Assembly: GCF_000181795.1 (NCBI RefSeq)
Contig: NW_003526943.1
Coordinates: 6,356,219-6,420,218, forward strand
DNA from: Trichinella spiralis
Taxonomy: Eukaryota
Direction of reading: 5' to 3'
Length of the DNA: 64,000 bases
Shown: one piece after another, positions 49,223-64,000 of the stretch
Position numbering within the stretch: position 1 is the first letter of the stretch
Layout: the number at the start of each line of letters is the position of its first letter
Notes under the pieces: generated by a model
Databases searched by the model: none
The model's input: the letters and a program-made list of their open reading frames with translations, nothing else
Told to the model about the DNA's origin: nothing
Position numbers and translations under genes: made by a program

Positions 49223-52200
49223 TGAATGTATGCATGTTTGTGTATTTATATATTTTTTAGTTGCTATTAATAATTGAAAATTAATATTGATTTATAATAT
49301 GTATATTGTATGCGTAGCTTGAAGCTTTTTAAACAGAAGTAATATAATTAGCGACAATGCGAATCCAATGTTTAACAGCGTCATCTCTTCTTGCTTATGA
49401 GCTTTTTTAAGATTCTGTGTTAGATTATACTTGAATAAATATTATCATAAGAAAGAAAACTTGATGGAGTGAAAAATATATTGAAATATTGATAGACGCA
49501 ACCGTATAGCTGGTTGGATAATTTTTCAGGTAACATTCGGCTAAATAAATTCAGCGTTTTTTTATTACGAATTATTTTTCTGCGTTGAAAATGTTCAGAA
49601 AATTTGAACATGTAAAATACATTATTGGTATGAATTATAAAAATTGACGTAAAGTGAAAGCTGATGACATGGTTTTTCATTTGTCAGAATTATTTATTTA
49701 TTGTTTTCAATGCCTGAAGGTCGGTTTGTCACTTGCCAATGTAATTCAGTTTATAATAATTTAAAAATTTCTTAATTAAGTCTGATAATGACGCGAATAA
49801 GAACAGTGAAAGCGAAAAAACGCGTCTTTCCAGTTAAGCATCTCTTCCAATAGTTTGTTGTATTTCAACGAGACAAAGGTAAATGAAATTTAATTTTATG
49901 ATAAAATAAATTCTTTATAAATGATTTAAATGACGTTTGATTTCATATGTTCTCATTTTAATAAGAATTGTCCAATGGAATAATAGAACGTGCATATTTA
50001 TGAGAAGAATATGTTAAAAAATTGTTACAAATTACGAGATTTTCACCGTGTATTTGATATTGTAAAATCAAATCTAATTTCTTCCCATTTAATATTGTTT
50101 GAAAAATAAATATTAAATGGAAATTGTTTTTATTTTTTCAAGCAAGTGAGAAAATGTCACCTAAAGCATATGGTTGTCCCGGAATTAAATTTTGTCAAAA
50201 ACCTGCTTTCAACTGGTGTAATCAATTATTAAATGACCTGCATTTCTAAATCTGCTTGTCGAGGAGGATAAGTAACACCTTCTGGAATGATCATTTTCAA
50301 AATATGTAGCACTTTCATTTTTTAATTTAAAAAAGCAACAAAAAATATGCGTATATATGTAGAAATTTTTAATTTTCTTAACAAATTGTTTATCGAAGAT
50401 TTCTCTTTTGACTTTATGCTTATGTATGTGATTTCAATGTAGCTTCTTCTTCTTCTTCTTCTTTTGAAATGCATAATGCACTTTGTGCAAATTGGTGAGA
50501 AGCGATCAGCATGTTTGAGTTAGAAAATAATCCAACGGTGGATGGAATTTCATTATTCTTTTAGCAGATCAAATTTAGCTTGTCAAACAAACTGATCAAT
50601 GTCTCGAAGAAGCCAAATACTCTCTATACGGGCAAAAAGAGGCTTAATTTAGTTTGACTTGTGTGCTCCAGTTCGCCAAATCGTACTCAGCAGAGAATTT
50701 GCAATTTGAACTGTGAAGTATGTTTGAATTTATTAATTTTACAATGAAAAATATTCCTTCTACAATGAAAAATCTCTTTTTTTAAATAAATAAATGTATG
50801 ATTATCATTATTCCAAAAAATGTCGCATTTTTAATAATTTTCGTAATGAAAGCATTTCTTCACCGGAAGCTAATGAAACAGTAAATGAAAGAATTTTCCA
50901 TGTTGTTTTCTTTTTAATTTTATCAACATTTATTTATTAGATAGCTTGTATTCAACAACAGCAGCAGTTTATGATTTTGCTTTTGGTTCAATTTGTAATT
51001 TTTAAATTTAAAAATATTATCGATTTATATTCTGAATTTGCATAAAAATAAAATTGCGAAATATAATATCATTTTCAGTTTATCTACTTGAAGCAGGAAG
51101 TGTTGTATAATTGGATAATTAGAAATCGGCTGATTTTCAATAATGTGCAAATATTCATTCATTGCAATTATTCAGCTATTTGCTTCTTTTGCTAACAATT
51201 TTAATTTAATCCGAAAATCCTTTTTTCTATTGAATAAAGTATAAAAAAATTGTTTTAATTATCAGCTTGAAGTTTATGTAAAAAGAAATCAATATGCATA
51301 TTTTCCATTGCAGTTTGTGCTTATTTTTGAAAGAATAAACCCTGAATGATTCGGGTAATCCGGATTATTCTGCATTGGCATATATTTTTTTCTCTCTAAG
51401 CATATTTATATGTTTGTTTAATGGAAAATGTTTTGAATTTTTAGTTTTATTTTATTTTTTGTAATATTATTTGCATTGGTGTGCTTTACGTTATTCATTT
51501 GTGAAAAGTGATTAATTATTTTTTTAAAGGATGGAATAAAATTTTGAAAAATTCATGATTAATTAACTTTTTTAGCTTTTTATAAATTGCACAATGTAAT
51601 GTTTGAGCACAAATCAATGCAACTAATACATACATACATACATATACATATATATAGCTTAATGCTCGTGGCTGTTCTCAATGTTGCATGCTTTTTGAAA
51701 AGCTTTTAGTCCATCCACACCACACACACACACACACGTATACATACGTTTAAGCGTCATTTTCATAATTTTGAGTTTTCTTAATATATTTGCAGCTTTC
51801 TGTTATTTGGGAATAACTTAAAGAGCATTTGCAATTGATTTTGATATTTATTGAAAAAGAGAAGTTTAATTCAAAATTTTGGCATATTTGAATTCCATTT
51901 TTCCAACACACAGTGTTTGCAACGGAGGAGATTGTTGTTCTGGATAAACTTTTTTCTTTCTTCAGTATTATGCAAGTAGAAGGTACAGGTAAAATTTTAG
52001 CAAACGCTTTTTATTGATTTTTAAACTTGTTCTGTGTGTGCCATTAGGAAAAACAGTTGTCAGCTTCGAGGCATTTCAACGCTTGTGCATATATGGTTAT
52101 AAAGATTTTTCACTTCACTTGCTCGCAGCTGCTTTCAGTTATTATTCCATTGAAAATATGCATGCATGGTGCAGTATTTAAAATGGGAAATATGTTGTAA

Positions 52201-55200
52201 TAATACAAAAAAAAATTTTTTACTCGATTTTCATGCTTTGCAAGTAATGTCAACGATGATCAGAATTAGCGACAAAGAAATAAAAATAATAATAAACTTT
52301 TCAAATGTGAAATTTCAACGGCAAATGGTATTATTTAATGATTAAAAAATTTTCAAAAATGAAAAACTTTTTTTAATTGGAACAAAAGATGAAATTTTTA
52401 TTACTGCAAAAAGAAATAGTTTATCATCGTTGAAACGTGCTTTTGCAATATGCAAGCGCAAAATGCAATTTGATGTTGTAAATCAATTTCAGTTTATTGG
52501 GTTCGTTCAATTTTACAACTTTGTATAAAATCGTGATATGTCCTCTATTTGGAAGATTTGATCTTGAATAAATTTGGAGAAGTATTAAAAATAAATGCAA
52601 CAGATGTAAAATTGAAAGATGTTGTTTAGGTTTTTTATTTTTATATTATATACATATATATATTTTTTTTTAATATTAATTTCCATCCTTGAAGGACAAC
52701 AACTACATGTCGTGTTTGTTAAAATTTGATGTCACGAAAGATTGATGAGGAGTATTTAAATATTGTTGCATTTGAAATTTCCAAATCAGTTTTGTCTGTG
52801 GGATGACTAAGCAATAAGAATAGTGGGTAGTGGTGCTTTTTGGTGGGCACAAGGCGTCCAATGATGAAATAATTGTGACCATTGATGCGAGAGGTGCTTC
52901 ATTTCTTATCAGCGTATCAGTGAATGGATGGTGCTAATTTTGGATGGTCGCCTGATTTAGTTGATTGAAAAATCATCAACGCCTCAGGGTTTCCTGCTGC
53001 TTCTTTGCCTGGCTGTGAAACCTAGTTCAAGGTTGCAAGTAGTGAAATATGCATCTTCATCATAAATAATGCATTGCAATAATAAATATTCATTTTATAT
53101 GTATATTTTATGGTTGGTATGAATATATTTTGAATTCATTTTTGTTCGTGCGGAAAGGGAAAGCTGAAAGCAATTATTAAGCTTTGTATAATGTGGTGCA
53201 GAGGGGTGGATGTAAATTTTCTAAAAATCGACCAGCTAGCTTAGCTGGCTCAGCTCACTTGATATATATATATATATATGTATGCGAGCTCAGTGGCCGA
53301 GCAGTATTTTTGAAGCTCATTATGTATTTGATGGTCAGGTTATTTTAAAATGGAAAGAGAATTTCTGTCTCGTTCAGTCAGGCAGTCTGGTCGGTCAGCA
53401 TGTGACGCATTCGACAGCTGTTCTGTGTCCAAGCAACGACGCTCCTCCCTTCACCACTGCTGAACCTTTATAATTTTTTTTTGCTTTTTCTCTTCTGCTG
53501 CTTCTTCTCCTATCCTACTGCTGCTACCATTATCACTACTGAACTAGAAAATTATATTTGCATTGGGTATGTTGATTTCATTTTTTATACTTTATATATT
53601 TAAATATTAGTTGAAATTTTTTTTCCAATAGTGCAATTCAACAATCCACCAATAAATGGATACAAATATTTTTCAATAATTCAAATAAGTTTAATTTTTG
53701 ATTATTTGTTTTTTTGAATATTCTACATTCAATTGTTGATGATTAATCATAATAATTTGATATAATAATAATATTTATTTATTTATTTTTCATATTTTGT
53801 AATGATTGGTTCATTTTTTGATTTTCTACACAAACTTTGACAATTTGACAAAAAATATAACTCTAAAAAATTCATATTAATTTCTTTTATTGCTGATACT
53901 GATTTGTGATCAAAGTACGCTGCCGTATAAAATAGAAAAGTAATAAAAATTTCGAAATTGCCCACCCTTTGGTGTTTGATTTGTTTTTTAATGTGTTTCA
54001 ACTGACGCGATAATTTCTTATTTATTGATTTTTTTGTTTACAATATTCTGATTGTGCTTTAAATTTTTTTGAAGCTTTTTTATTTTAACTTTTACAATAA
54101 AAAAATTTACGGAGAAAATAAATAGAAAGAGGTGTAGTAATTTGGGGGCGGAGGGGGATATTTTGGGAAATTTTAAATTTTGAACAATCGTCTCGAATTG
54201 TGAGCGCAAAGCTTATAAATAATGAAAGTTGTCGATTCGACAACAGCAACAGCAACCGTTTGCTGCTTCTTTTTGGATGAGATTCTATTTTTGGACACGC
54301 CCGTCTTTCAAGCACCATGCATAATAGTAGTGGTTTCAAGTTGGAGCGTGAAAGCTGAATCGTCCGACTCTCACAGCTTGACTGGGAAAAATTTTTCCTA
54401 GCACTTAACTTGCAAATCAATTTTTTTCTCCTACCAACCAACCGACCGATGAAAACGTATTTTTAATAATTTTCGCATTAAGCTTTTCATAAATTCAACC
54501 AGTTCATTCATAACTACCCGACAACTTGTGTATTAAAAAAATAAAATATTTGTTTTCAATTATAATTTTTTTCTAAAAAAAGTTATTTTTAACTTTTCAT
54601 TAGCATCAGTATTCTGTTAATCGGTATTGCCGAATGTTAAAAGAAAAAGTTTTAATCATTTTAAATTAAGATTTTTAATGCAGATTATTTTTTTGCTTTG
54701 CTTTCAATATCAAGAGATTAGTTCAAGAGTTTAAGGTTAAATTTAACAAGTATATTATGTGTATTTATGGTGTATTTTTATAATTTTATAAATTTAGACA
54801 AGTATTCTTTAAGTTGGTAAAATTTATATCGATGTTTCACAAATGCGTGATTGGAATGATTGAGTAGTTGTTGATGCAAAATTGTCCGTTTTATTGACAA
54901 CGTTTGCAGAGAATTGTTTAAAGATTTTCAATTCTAATCCTTCATTGCTTCTGACTTTAAAATTTTTGTTTATTCAGTCCTGCTCGACTTATATACTTAT
55001 TTAATAATATTTCATAATACTAATAATGATATGATATGTCGAATTGTTATTCCGGTGCAATATTTCTGATTACAAAGATACTTTTTGTCAAAATTTACTA
55101 GTTTATTTTTATTGTTTTGAATTATCATTATTATGTTATGAAAATATGATTCAAAACTATGTAGACAATATATCAGTACAATATTCCTATAGTTAATTGT

Positions 55201-58200
55201 AGGGGAATTATTTTCAAAATATTTTTAGAAAAGATTTATTACAATTGAAAATTATGTGATGTAGTTATTATTCAATTTGTAGTCAATACATCAGTTCATG
55301 AGAGGATACATCTGGAAAAGGATTTTTTCGAATATTTTATATATTTATTTATTTCGTTTTGTTTTGTTCTTTTGCTTGTGAAATTTTTATTTTTGCTCTG
55401 TGAAAATGCGTTAAATTTGAAACGAATATCAATAAATAATTATTTGGTGCTTTGCATTTTGAAAGATTTCTTTGTGTCAAAAAACTATCATCATCTGTCC
55501 AGTAATGTCAGAAGGCTAATTTTGCATCTTCGATTATTCGCCATCTAAAATGAATGGCTTCTCTGTTCATCAAATCTTCTTTCATTATACAGGGGTTCTT
55601 TTTATTTTAATGTATTTTTTTTCTGTTTTGATCGTATTAATTTGAGTTTTTATTTCATACAATGAAAGGTAACAGTTTTTATTGTTTGACATTTAGGATA
55701 GTGAAATGAAAAAAATTATTATACTCTAATAATTGAGAAGATTACGAATTGCAATTTTTTGTTAGCATGTGATGGTAATTTTCAGTTGGAGCGATTGATT
55801 TGAAATGAGCTTTTCAGTTTTCAATTATTTGCGTATACTGTAATGTAGAATTTGATTTTCATGTATAATTGATAAAGTGTTGTTCAATTATTTCATGAAA
55901 TATTTAAATTTCTTTATAAAGTTAATGATGAACAATTTGGTGATGGTTGAAAAAGATTGTTTTTATTTTTAACGTGCATAATGTGCAATTGTGATTTGCG
56001 TGTATGCGTGGAAGAGAAGGAGAAGATAATCACAGTGCCCCAAGATGGATAGATAGATAGATGGTCACATCCCGTTTGATGAGATGAATAATTGCCGTTG
56101 ACCTCGATTTTCGTTTTCGTCATCAATTTCTCGTGCACATGTGACGGTCGAATTTGATTTACGATCGCGACCAATAGTGACGTCTATTTATTATTGGAAG
56201 GGCAGTATCTGTGCGCTTTGTGCGCCGGGTTGGTTTTAATTAGGCTTCAATAATTTGAAATTGATGAATTGGTGCAATTTTCCTTTCGTCACTGTAAAAT
56301 GCGTGAGCAAGAGCAGCCTGAGCTACATGACACGCGGCTGTTCAATTTTCGTTTGGTTAAAATTGTTCAAATGAAAGCTATACGACAACTGGCTTTTTTC
56401 CCTGAAAGCAACAGCAACGGCAACAACACACGACAGGCAACAAACAAACATCGCCTTTTGCTTGTTGCACACCACCATTAGCAGCAGTGAGCACCAGCAA
56501 AAAGCATCTTTGTGTGTATGCAATCGAATTCACCTTTATTTTTTTTATCTTTAATTTTTGCTCTTCAAACTTCTCCCCCTCTTCCACAACGCAAGCGAAA
56601 GCATGGCCAAGAAAGATGTGGGGAAGAAAAGTTTGACATTTACTTTTTTTTTCTTTGTTTTCTTTCTTTCACAATAATATTTAAATGTTATTTTTAAATT
56701 TTTGAATATTTCATGAAAAATTTAAAAGAAAAAAAGTGATGTTTACATATTCTCACGTGTTGCAAATATTATTCAAACATCTTGGAAAGTACAAGAAAAA
56801 GGGAAAAATATAAGAAGAGATATTCGTGGGGAAAATAAATTTAATGTACAGCAAGGGATTTTCAAATGAAATTCATCTATTAAATTTGCAATTTTGACTG
56901 ATTCTGTTGTGTTGAATAAGTTATTAATTTTTATTTCAATAAGGAAACAATTTGCATATTGGAATGGGAAAATATATTGAAGTTTGCAATCGCGAGTAGA
57001 TGTGTTTCCGGTGATGTTGGGATAAATTTCGATTTTCAAATTGCCTTTTTTTAAACAGCTTATAAGTTGATGATGAAATTGAAAACTCTTTTTCAGAGTT
57101 GTAAATTATTGACATGTCTGTGGTTGGACGAAATAGATGATTTTATTTGTTAACACAAGAAGAAGAAAAATTGCACTTCTGTTGATCGAGCAGGCAAGCA
57201 GTGTTGGAAGTAAAATGTATAATAAATTGTCGATTGTAAATATAGATGTATCTATATATTTCTTTTTATTGTTATTTATTGTTTTGCATGCAGGAAATGC
57301 AACGTTGAAAACAGCAACGCTGGGAAGTAAAAACATTATGATGAATATTTAAACTTCTTTGCATGTTGTGAAAAATGAACACTTCTTTTTTTTGTAATGA
57401 ATTTCAATTTCAGCAATTGATGATATACGGTGGTGAGAAATTTTCTTTTTTTTTGCAGACGAAGGTTTTCCTTTAATATCATTTTTCATGTTGGATAACA
57501 TTTTTGTAAACCCCATTAATCCTCTTCTACTTCTGTAGTACAATTTTCTGTGTAGTTGTTTTTATTCTTGCATCAAAATCATATACGTATATATGTGATA
57601 CAGTGTGCATTCAGTTCAATGATTTAACTTAGACAATGTGTATTTTATGTTAGCAATACTACATTTCACTGTTCTTATGTATATTCAGTGCTAACCAATA
57701 AGCAGAATAATAATGAATTGGACAGTGGGATAAATAATTTATTGTGAAATTATTTGAAATATTTTCGGGTGGTGATTTTGAAAAATTAACTACTTATAAT
57801 TATTAGTTTAAAGTTTAAGCTGTGGTTGAAAACAGCAAAAAAAACTTTTAAAAATTGCTTAGAAAAGGGAAGTAATTTTTTTGTTTGTAGTCGACAAAAT
57901 TCTCATGGGTTGTTTTCTCATCACTTGGCACGACCAGTTGAAATGCGTTTTTTAAAAAATTTTGTTCAGCAATGTTGTGATCGATTTAGTTATACAACAT
58001 ACGTATATATATATGTGAGGCTAGATGTGAATAGTCTCTGTGTGCTTTTTTTTGTTCTTTGTTATTTTACAATAATTCATTTTGGAAATTTAAATGAAAT
58101 TTACGCTTGCCTTTACAACTGACACGACGCAGTTGTGTGTGAAATGAAGTGGTGAAGTGGTGTGGAAGAAAAAAAATTATTCAACTCTATTCACAATTGT

Positions 58201-58582
58201 TGGTGCTGTCACGTTCAGCATTCAGTGTCAGGTGGCAGTGGCATTAATTTGTTGTTTTATGTTCTTTTTGGGAAGATGCTTTTTCCGCCCCGGTTACACA
58301 CACACACAAGCGTCGTTGCACCGCACCTCATTGAGGAAGAGGACGAGGATGTTGCACTTTTGCACATCAAACTTGCCCTGCCCGGTCACCACCTACATCA
58401 TTACTGAAGTTGCGTGTGCTTTTTTCAACACTGCTGAGCCATTGTCATTTGCATTTCAGCTCGTTTCACCATCATTCTACGCAAGTTGCTCTGCATTTGC
58501 TTTGCTAATATGAAACTGAAACTTCCGAAATCCCCTTTTCAGACACGAACACCACTCAGGCAGTGAGTATAATTTAAGACGA

Positions 58583-58584
<2 letters not shown>

Positions 58585-58620
<36 letters not shown>
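58585..58620. repeat. (AT)n microsatellite
   Basis: Perfect AT run of 36 nt. Confidence 0.95.
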
Positions 58621-58624
<4 letters not shown>

Positions 58625-60475
58625 AAAAGCAACAACTCACATAACACTCCTCATACGTTGGAAAATCCACCTCATCCCAGATTAATAGAAATTGAGCAGT
58701 GAATTTTATTTATTTATTTATTTTCTTAAATAATTATTTTTACTACTGTTTGATATTTTTTATTTATAAATTATTAAATTTAAAAAAAGCTTTTTTCCTT
58801 TGACAATTTCAAATATTCTCATTTTTAATTCAATTGTACCTGTGACGTAGACTTCGCATTATCATTGCTGTTCGTTGTGCTTTGTATTAGGTCGTTCTTG
58901 TTTTATGTTTTCTACTTTTCAATTCACAATTCAAAAAACTTTTTTTCTGTTCTATATTTTCTCATCATTCTCTCACGGTTGGCTTTTCTTGACGATGTTT
59001 TCCAATTTGCGCACACATTCATTGTTCAGTTGTGTTTCAATGGAAAACATTTTTTTTGGAAAATCTATTCATTTGGACAATTTATTAGTTTAATATTTGT
59101 TTTAAACTGTAGAAAAATATGGACAGAGAGCTGAGGGTTCATTTATTGACAGACAAGAACAGAAGATGACCAAAACTGAACATTAATTTATACTGTACTG
59201 TACGGTACTGTTATTTGTGTATTTCGTTCTGGTTACTTTTTTTTTAAATTGGTTAACTTCCTGTTTATCTGTTTTACTAGACATCTGCTAGCTGATAATT
59301 GAAGCTTGTTAAATAATAATTTATTTTTGAATTGTTAAAAACGAACTTAATGTTGCTATTATTGATCTTGTTTTTTGTTCTCTCAAAAAATTTTTTTTTT
59401 TGAAATATATATACTCACAAATGGTTGACTTGATAATTCACAACGGTGATATTGTTTAGTAATTTGAAAAAAACGGATTTTATTCAATTTTTCTATTTTA
59501 TTATGATTATGATCAATTGTATTGTTGAAAATGATCCTTTACGTTTATTTATATATTAATATATAAATAGGTATGAAATTGAAAGTATATTTTTGAAATT
59601 ATTTTTAAGTTACGCATCTTTAATGAAATTTTAAATCTGTTATTTTCATAGTATATTTTTCAATTTACTCCCCTAAATTTTGAATGCTTAAATCGGACAG
59701 ATCAAGTGAATACTTTACTTTTATTGATGTTGCGTTGTACGTTTTTCTTTCACGATCATTCATTCCTTCTGTGGTCTCAGTGAGATTAGTGTTCATTTGC
59801 ATTGAAGAACAAGCAGTTTTTATATTGTTAGCTTGGTTATTTATTTATTTATTTATTTTCAATCGTTTCTATTGTTGAATCGCTAATGTTGTTGTTCTTT
59901 TCTTTTATACGGCTTGAACAGATGCAACAACTTGCAATTGTTACTTGCTTTATTGCAATTTAAATATTTCCCAGGAAAGTGTAAAAAATTTTTTGTTTCT
60001 TTTTTTTCAAATAGAAGTAGCATAATTGGAAATTTATTGATTAATTAGAAGAGGATAATTTGATTTTTGCACTTCAACGAATATTATTTTGTACTTTTAC
60101 GTTATTAAAAAACACGAAGATCAAGCAACCATTGTACAATATTTTGTATCTGTTATTAAGAATTAATTACTCATGTTATTAAAATAATTTTGAAAAATCC
60201 ACTTCCAAATGCAAGTTTGATGAATGGAAAATTTTCAGAATTATACCAAATTGATCTATTATATGTTTTATTTATTTAAAGTAAAATGGAATCTTTTCCA
60301 TTTCATTATGATCATCGATGAAGCAATTCATCTTTTTCAAAAAGTTTTTTTGAACAAAAAATTTTTTCATCGAAAGTTGGCAAATAATTATGATTATTAA
60401 AAAACAGCAAAGAATAGATTGATTATTTATGATTGCTGCTTTCAGTGTGTAAAAGTCATAATGCATAAGTTCACG

Positions 60476-63400
60476 AAGTGGGATATTTTTATTTTTTCTT
60501 TTATTTACGGTAAGTAATGAAAATTTTTAACTTGTGTAAGATGGATAATTTTGCCATTTTTGATGAAAACTCGTTCGACGCAAAATTTGCCTTTATTAAT
60601 GATTATTTATTGGCTTAAACGACAAAATGTATTTCTGACTTATTTGTTCACTTTCATATGCTAATGTTGGTTTGGCATTTTTTTAGTTTTTCAGGTGATT
60701 TGAAAGATATGTGATCATAGACGATGTTTGATGACCAAATTACTTTACGGTGAAAATTGGCTTCGCCTTCATCAGTGCATGCTTTTGTGCACAAACTGTA
60801 ATGTGGTAATATAGGATTTTGTGGATGTGTGAAAAATCATCTCTGCACTGCTGCTGTTGATTGATAATATTTTTTTGCTTTTGCTTTTGCTCCACCTCAA
60901 CTTTTTGTGTTGTTGATGATGGAATATTTTTTCTGTTTTATTTTATTTTTTTTTGCTTTTCAACGTATCAACACAACAACGATAACGATTGAATGAGATA
61001 CTGCGTTTGTTGTTGATGTTGATGAAAGCCAACATGGCTTGCTTGGTGGTGGTGATCGTGGTGGTGCTTGCACTTGAGCAGCAAATTTTCTGATTGATTT
61101 TTCCCCCTCTCATCAGCTTTCTCTCTCTCTTTCTCTCATTCTCTCGATTTCTCTTTTTCTCTGTTGGTGCTGCAAACGACACGTCACTTTTGCCATCGGT
61201 CAACTTTACAACATTTGGTTTCACACAACTTCTTCACACATCCGGTATTGGTATACTTCTCGTGTATTATCTTGTGCAATTGATTTCGCAGAAAAGATCA
61301 AAGCAAAAAAAAATTTTTCCATTGCCAAACAGTTTGCAACTGTGCTGTATAAAATTATCTCGTTTGCTTGGTTGCACATCGAGAAAAATGGTTTGTGTAT
61401 TTTCGTTCATTTTCATATTCGCTGCTCTTCCAAGTGGTGTAGCAATTGCTGCTGTTGTTATTGTTTTCAATGCTGTATCAAAGTACAGTTTCGTCGAACA
61501 GAAAAATTCTCCCAACTACGTTTCAAGTCACGCCTTCGTGATGTCGATGTCGCCTCTGATTGGCTGCTTGACAAGGTGGGCGTGACTTTTTGCGATTGTC
61601 GCGCCGCCAAGCGGTCGAATTGATCGAGCGAGATTGCCACGCAGCAGTCAGCTGATCAGCTCTTTGTCTAAACGGCGGCGTGCGGTCACGTGCTTTTTGC
61701 AGCCTGTATAGCAAGCAGTAGTGACGTGACCGGCTAACCGACGGCATCTTTTCTTGCTACCAAATTGGGTCGCGAAACGTGTGCAAAACTTTTCTCCAAA
61801 ATTAATTTCATGTATATTTTGATTATGTTTAAATATTACAAAAATACATGATATTATCTATATTGTATATTATAATTTCATACAAGCGCGTGACTTTATA
61901 TATATATATATTTTGCATACATACATACATATAGATATATATATATATATAATTTCTTCTTTATGCTTCAGTTGCTGTGGTTCATTTGCAGCGCGACGTG
62001 TTCGTCGACTTGGACTGTCGCCAGTATTTTTCCTTGTTTGTTTGTTTGGTTGTTTGTTTGTTTTTGTGAAGAAAAGAAATTGTTGGAAAAGGAGATTTTT
62101 TTTTGCAAACAGAAGAAGAAAAACGCATACCTACGTACGTACATACATACATCTTGAAGTTGAATATTGAGAAAAGTGAAAATTCATTACCCGACAGTGT
62201 GTGTGTGTGTTGTGGTGAGAAGAAATTTGAAATAAACTAGAATAGAAAAGTGCAATGAAAACTTTCCAAGCTTATCTGCCGTCTGGTGGCCGTACGTACA
62301 GCTGCGTGCATTGCCGCGCCCATTTGGCAAATCACGACGAACTCATTTCCAAGGTGAGTAAATTTTATTCCATTATTTTCAATAAACTCTCCATTCATTC
62401 ATTCATTCTTTCTTTCTTTCTTTTCATCTTTACAAATATTTAATATCGTTCTTTTCTAATCATGCTATTATGGTAATTTTCAGTCATTTCAAGGCAGTCA
62501 AGGCAAGGCGTATTTGTTCAATTCTGTGTAAGTGAATTTTAATTTATTATTATTATTATTATTCCATTTTCCATATTTGGATATTTGCTCGGTTCGCAAA
62601 TAAGCTAGTATAGCCAGCGGCCAAGCACCACGCATATGCTATTATTATCATTAGTTGTTGATGTTGCTAATATTTGACACGACCTCTCTCTCCCTGTCTC
62701 TCGTGTGCTCAGCTTTCTGCGTTTGCTTCAACTAGACGACAAACAATCACCACACTGCGAAAATATATATTATTTCGGTCGATCTCTCTCTCTCTTTCTC
62801 TTTTTTCTTGGCCTCTGACTCTCTGACCCTACCGGATATGGCTTGTTTTTTTCCATCCGTATGCTTTCTTCTCTTTTGTTCGGATGTCAATGACTGAGGA
62901 CGACAGTAATACAACTACTAATTAACATTGTCAAATAGTCATATTTCATCTCCTCTTATGCATATTATTCTTTTATTATTAATTTTCCATCAACAAATAT
63001 GAACAAAGTTGGAATTAGTTCAACAAAAAACATCACGAAAATTATCTACTATTTTGAAATTGAAAAATATGATTTGGTTGTTTTACTGTTTAAATCATAT
63101 GTTTGTACTTTATTTGCATTGCATTTCGTGTTGCTTTTATTCTATCAAATGCACGGCAAATAGTAATAGTACAGCTATGGCGTTGTTCTGTTTGCATGAA
63201 AAGCAACGATAAAAAGCAAATATTGCATCAGTATATATATATATTATTTATACAAAATTTGTTTTTGTTTTTTTTAATATTTAAAAATTCTCTTTTGTTT
63301 GTTCAAATTTGTATCTCCATTGCAACAATGCAAAATAGCAAGCAGATGAGATGAGCAAATTTTCTTTTTGCTAATGCTTGCAATAAATAGATTTATTTTC

Positions 63401-64000
63401 TTCTACGAATTGATTATGATAATTTTTCCTAATTAATAAATTTCTGTTCCAAGTTGGTAAGAAAATTGTAATTTATTCGTGTTTATTTGTTTATTTTTGG
63501 TGTTGTGAAATACCGTCAACAGATAGATGTATTAGCAGTTTGTTTGTTTGTTTGTATGCTTGTTTTCTTTCAGAGCTGGCTGACGTGACGTGACGTCAAA
63601 AAATATATATACATAATTTGAAAAGGGAGAAATAATCATCAGTTATTTTTTGCGTGTTTGGTTGGTTGGTTCTTGTTTGTTCTTTTTTCGCAGATTTTAC
63701 CGTATACGTAAGGAAGTAGAACACTGAGAAATATTTGACAGTTGAGGAAGAAGAGGTTTTTCTGATGTTGTTTATAATTTTAGCAAATTTTCAAATTTCC
63801 CTTTTCCATTTTCTTAATCTTATCCAAAGCAAGATTATACCATGTTTGAAAATTTTCCACGCAACTTATATTTTTTTAGTATTAATGCAAAAAGTAGCTT
63901 CATCATGAAACAAGTGTACAACTTTCGTAGTTTGCTTCTTCTGAAATCCGCTTGTTGTTGCTGTTGGTGTTCCCTTTTGCAATGGGGCAACGTTGCTTTG
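60476..64000 (+). repeat. Copy 2 of the near-identical duplication of 3031-6580 (runs off the window)
   Basis: Colinear near-identity with 3031-6580. Confidence 0.95.
62255..62527 (+). CDS. YPEL: Yippee-like gene, second copy, coding exons 1-2 (rest presumably beyond the window)
   Basis: Exons 62255-62353 and 62484-62527 are identical to 4815-4913 and 5028-5071. Confidence 0.9.

Noticed and set aside
50085..50120. 12-bp perfect inverted repeat
   Set aside because: Almost pure A/T; expected by chance at this base composition.
51344..51370. Short hairpin GAATGATTCGG..CCGGATTATTC as a possible miRNA
   Set aside because: Stem too short for a pre-miRNA and no recognisable mature sequence.

Overview
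AT-rich, intron-dense eukaryotic genomic DNA with three assembly gaps. Short GT-AG introns with TTTCAG-type acceptors and the gene and transposon content suggest a nematode, most likely Trichinella (inferred by recognition, not by database search). Spliced genes I could reconstruct in frame: a yippee-like gene; a PIG-L-like gene whose catalytic motifs are destroyed and which carries an intronless tubulin-chaperone-A gene nested antisense in intron 2; a serpin; PYM/WIBG; a divergent E(z)/EZH2-type SET methyltransferase; two tandem secreted cystatin-like paralogs; a leishmanolysin/invadolysin M8 peptidase with three tRNA-Ile(AAT) genes in one intron; mRpL50; and a type II pantothenate kinase. 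Mobile DNA comprises two decayed BEL/Pao LTR elements, a Charlie/Buster-type hAT deletion derivative, and a decayed FLYWCH-MULE element. The last 3.5 kb is a near-identical copy of 3031-6580 (5' half of the yippee gene), possibly an assembly artefact. The most unusual items are the PIG-L pseudoenzyme with its nested gene, the E(z) homolog apparently lacking its SRM allosteric helix, and the secreted cystatin-like pair. No CRISPR or prokaryotic system is evident.
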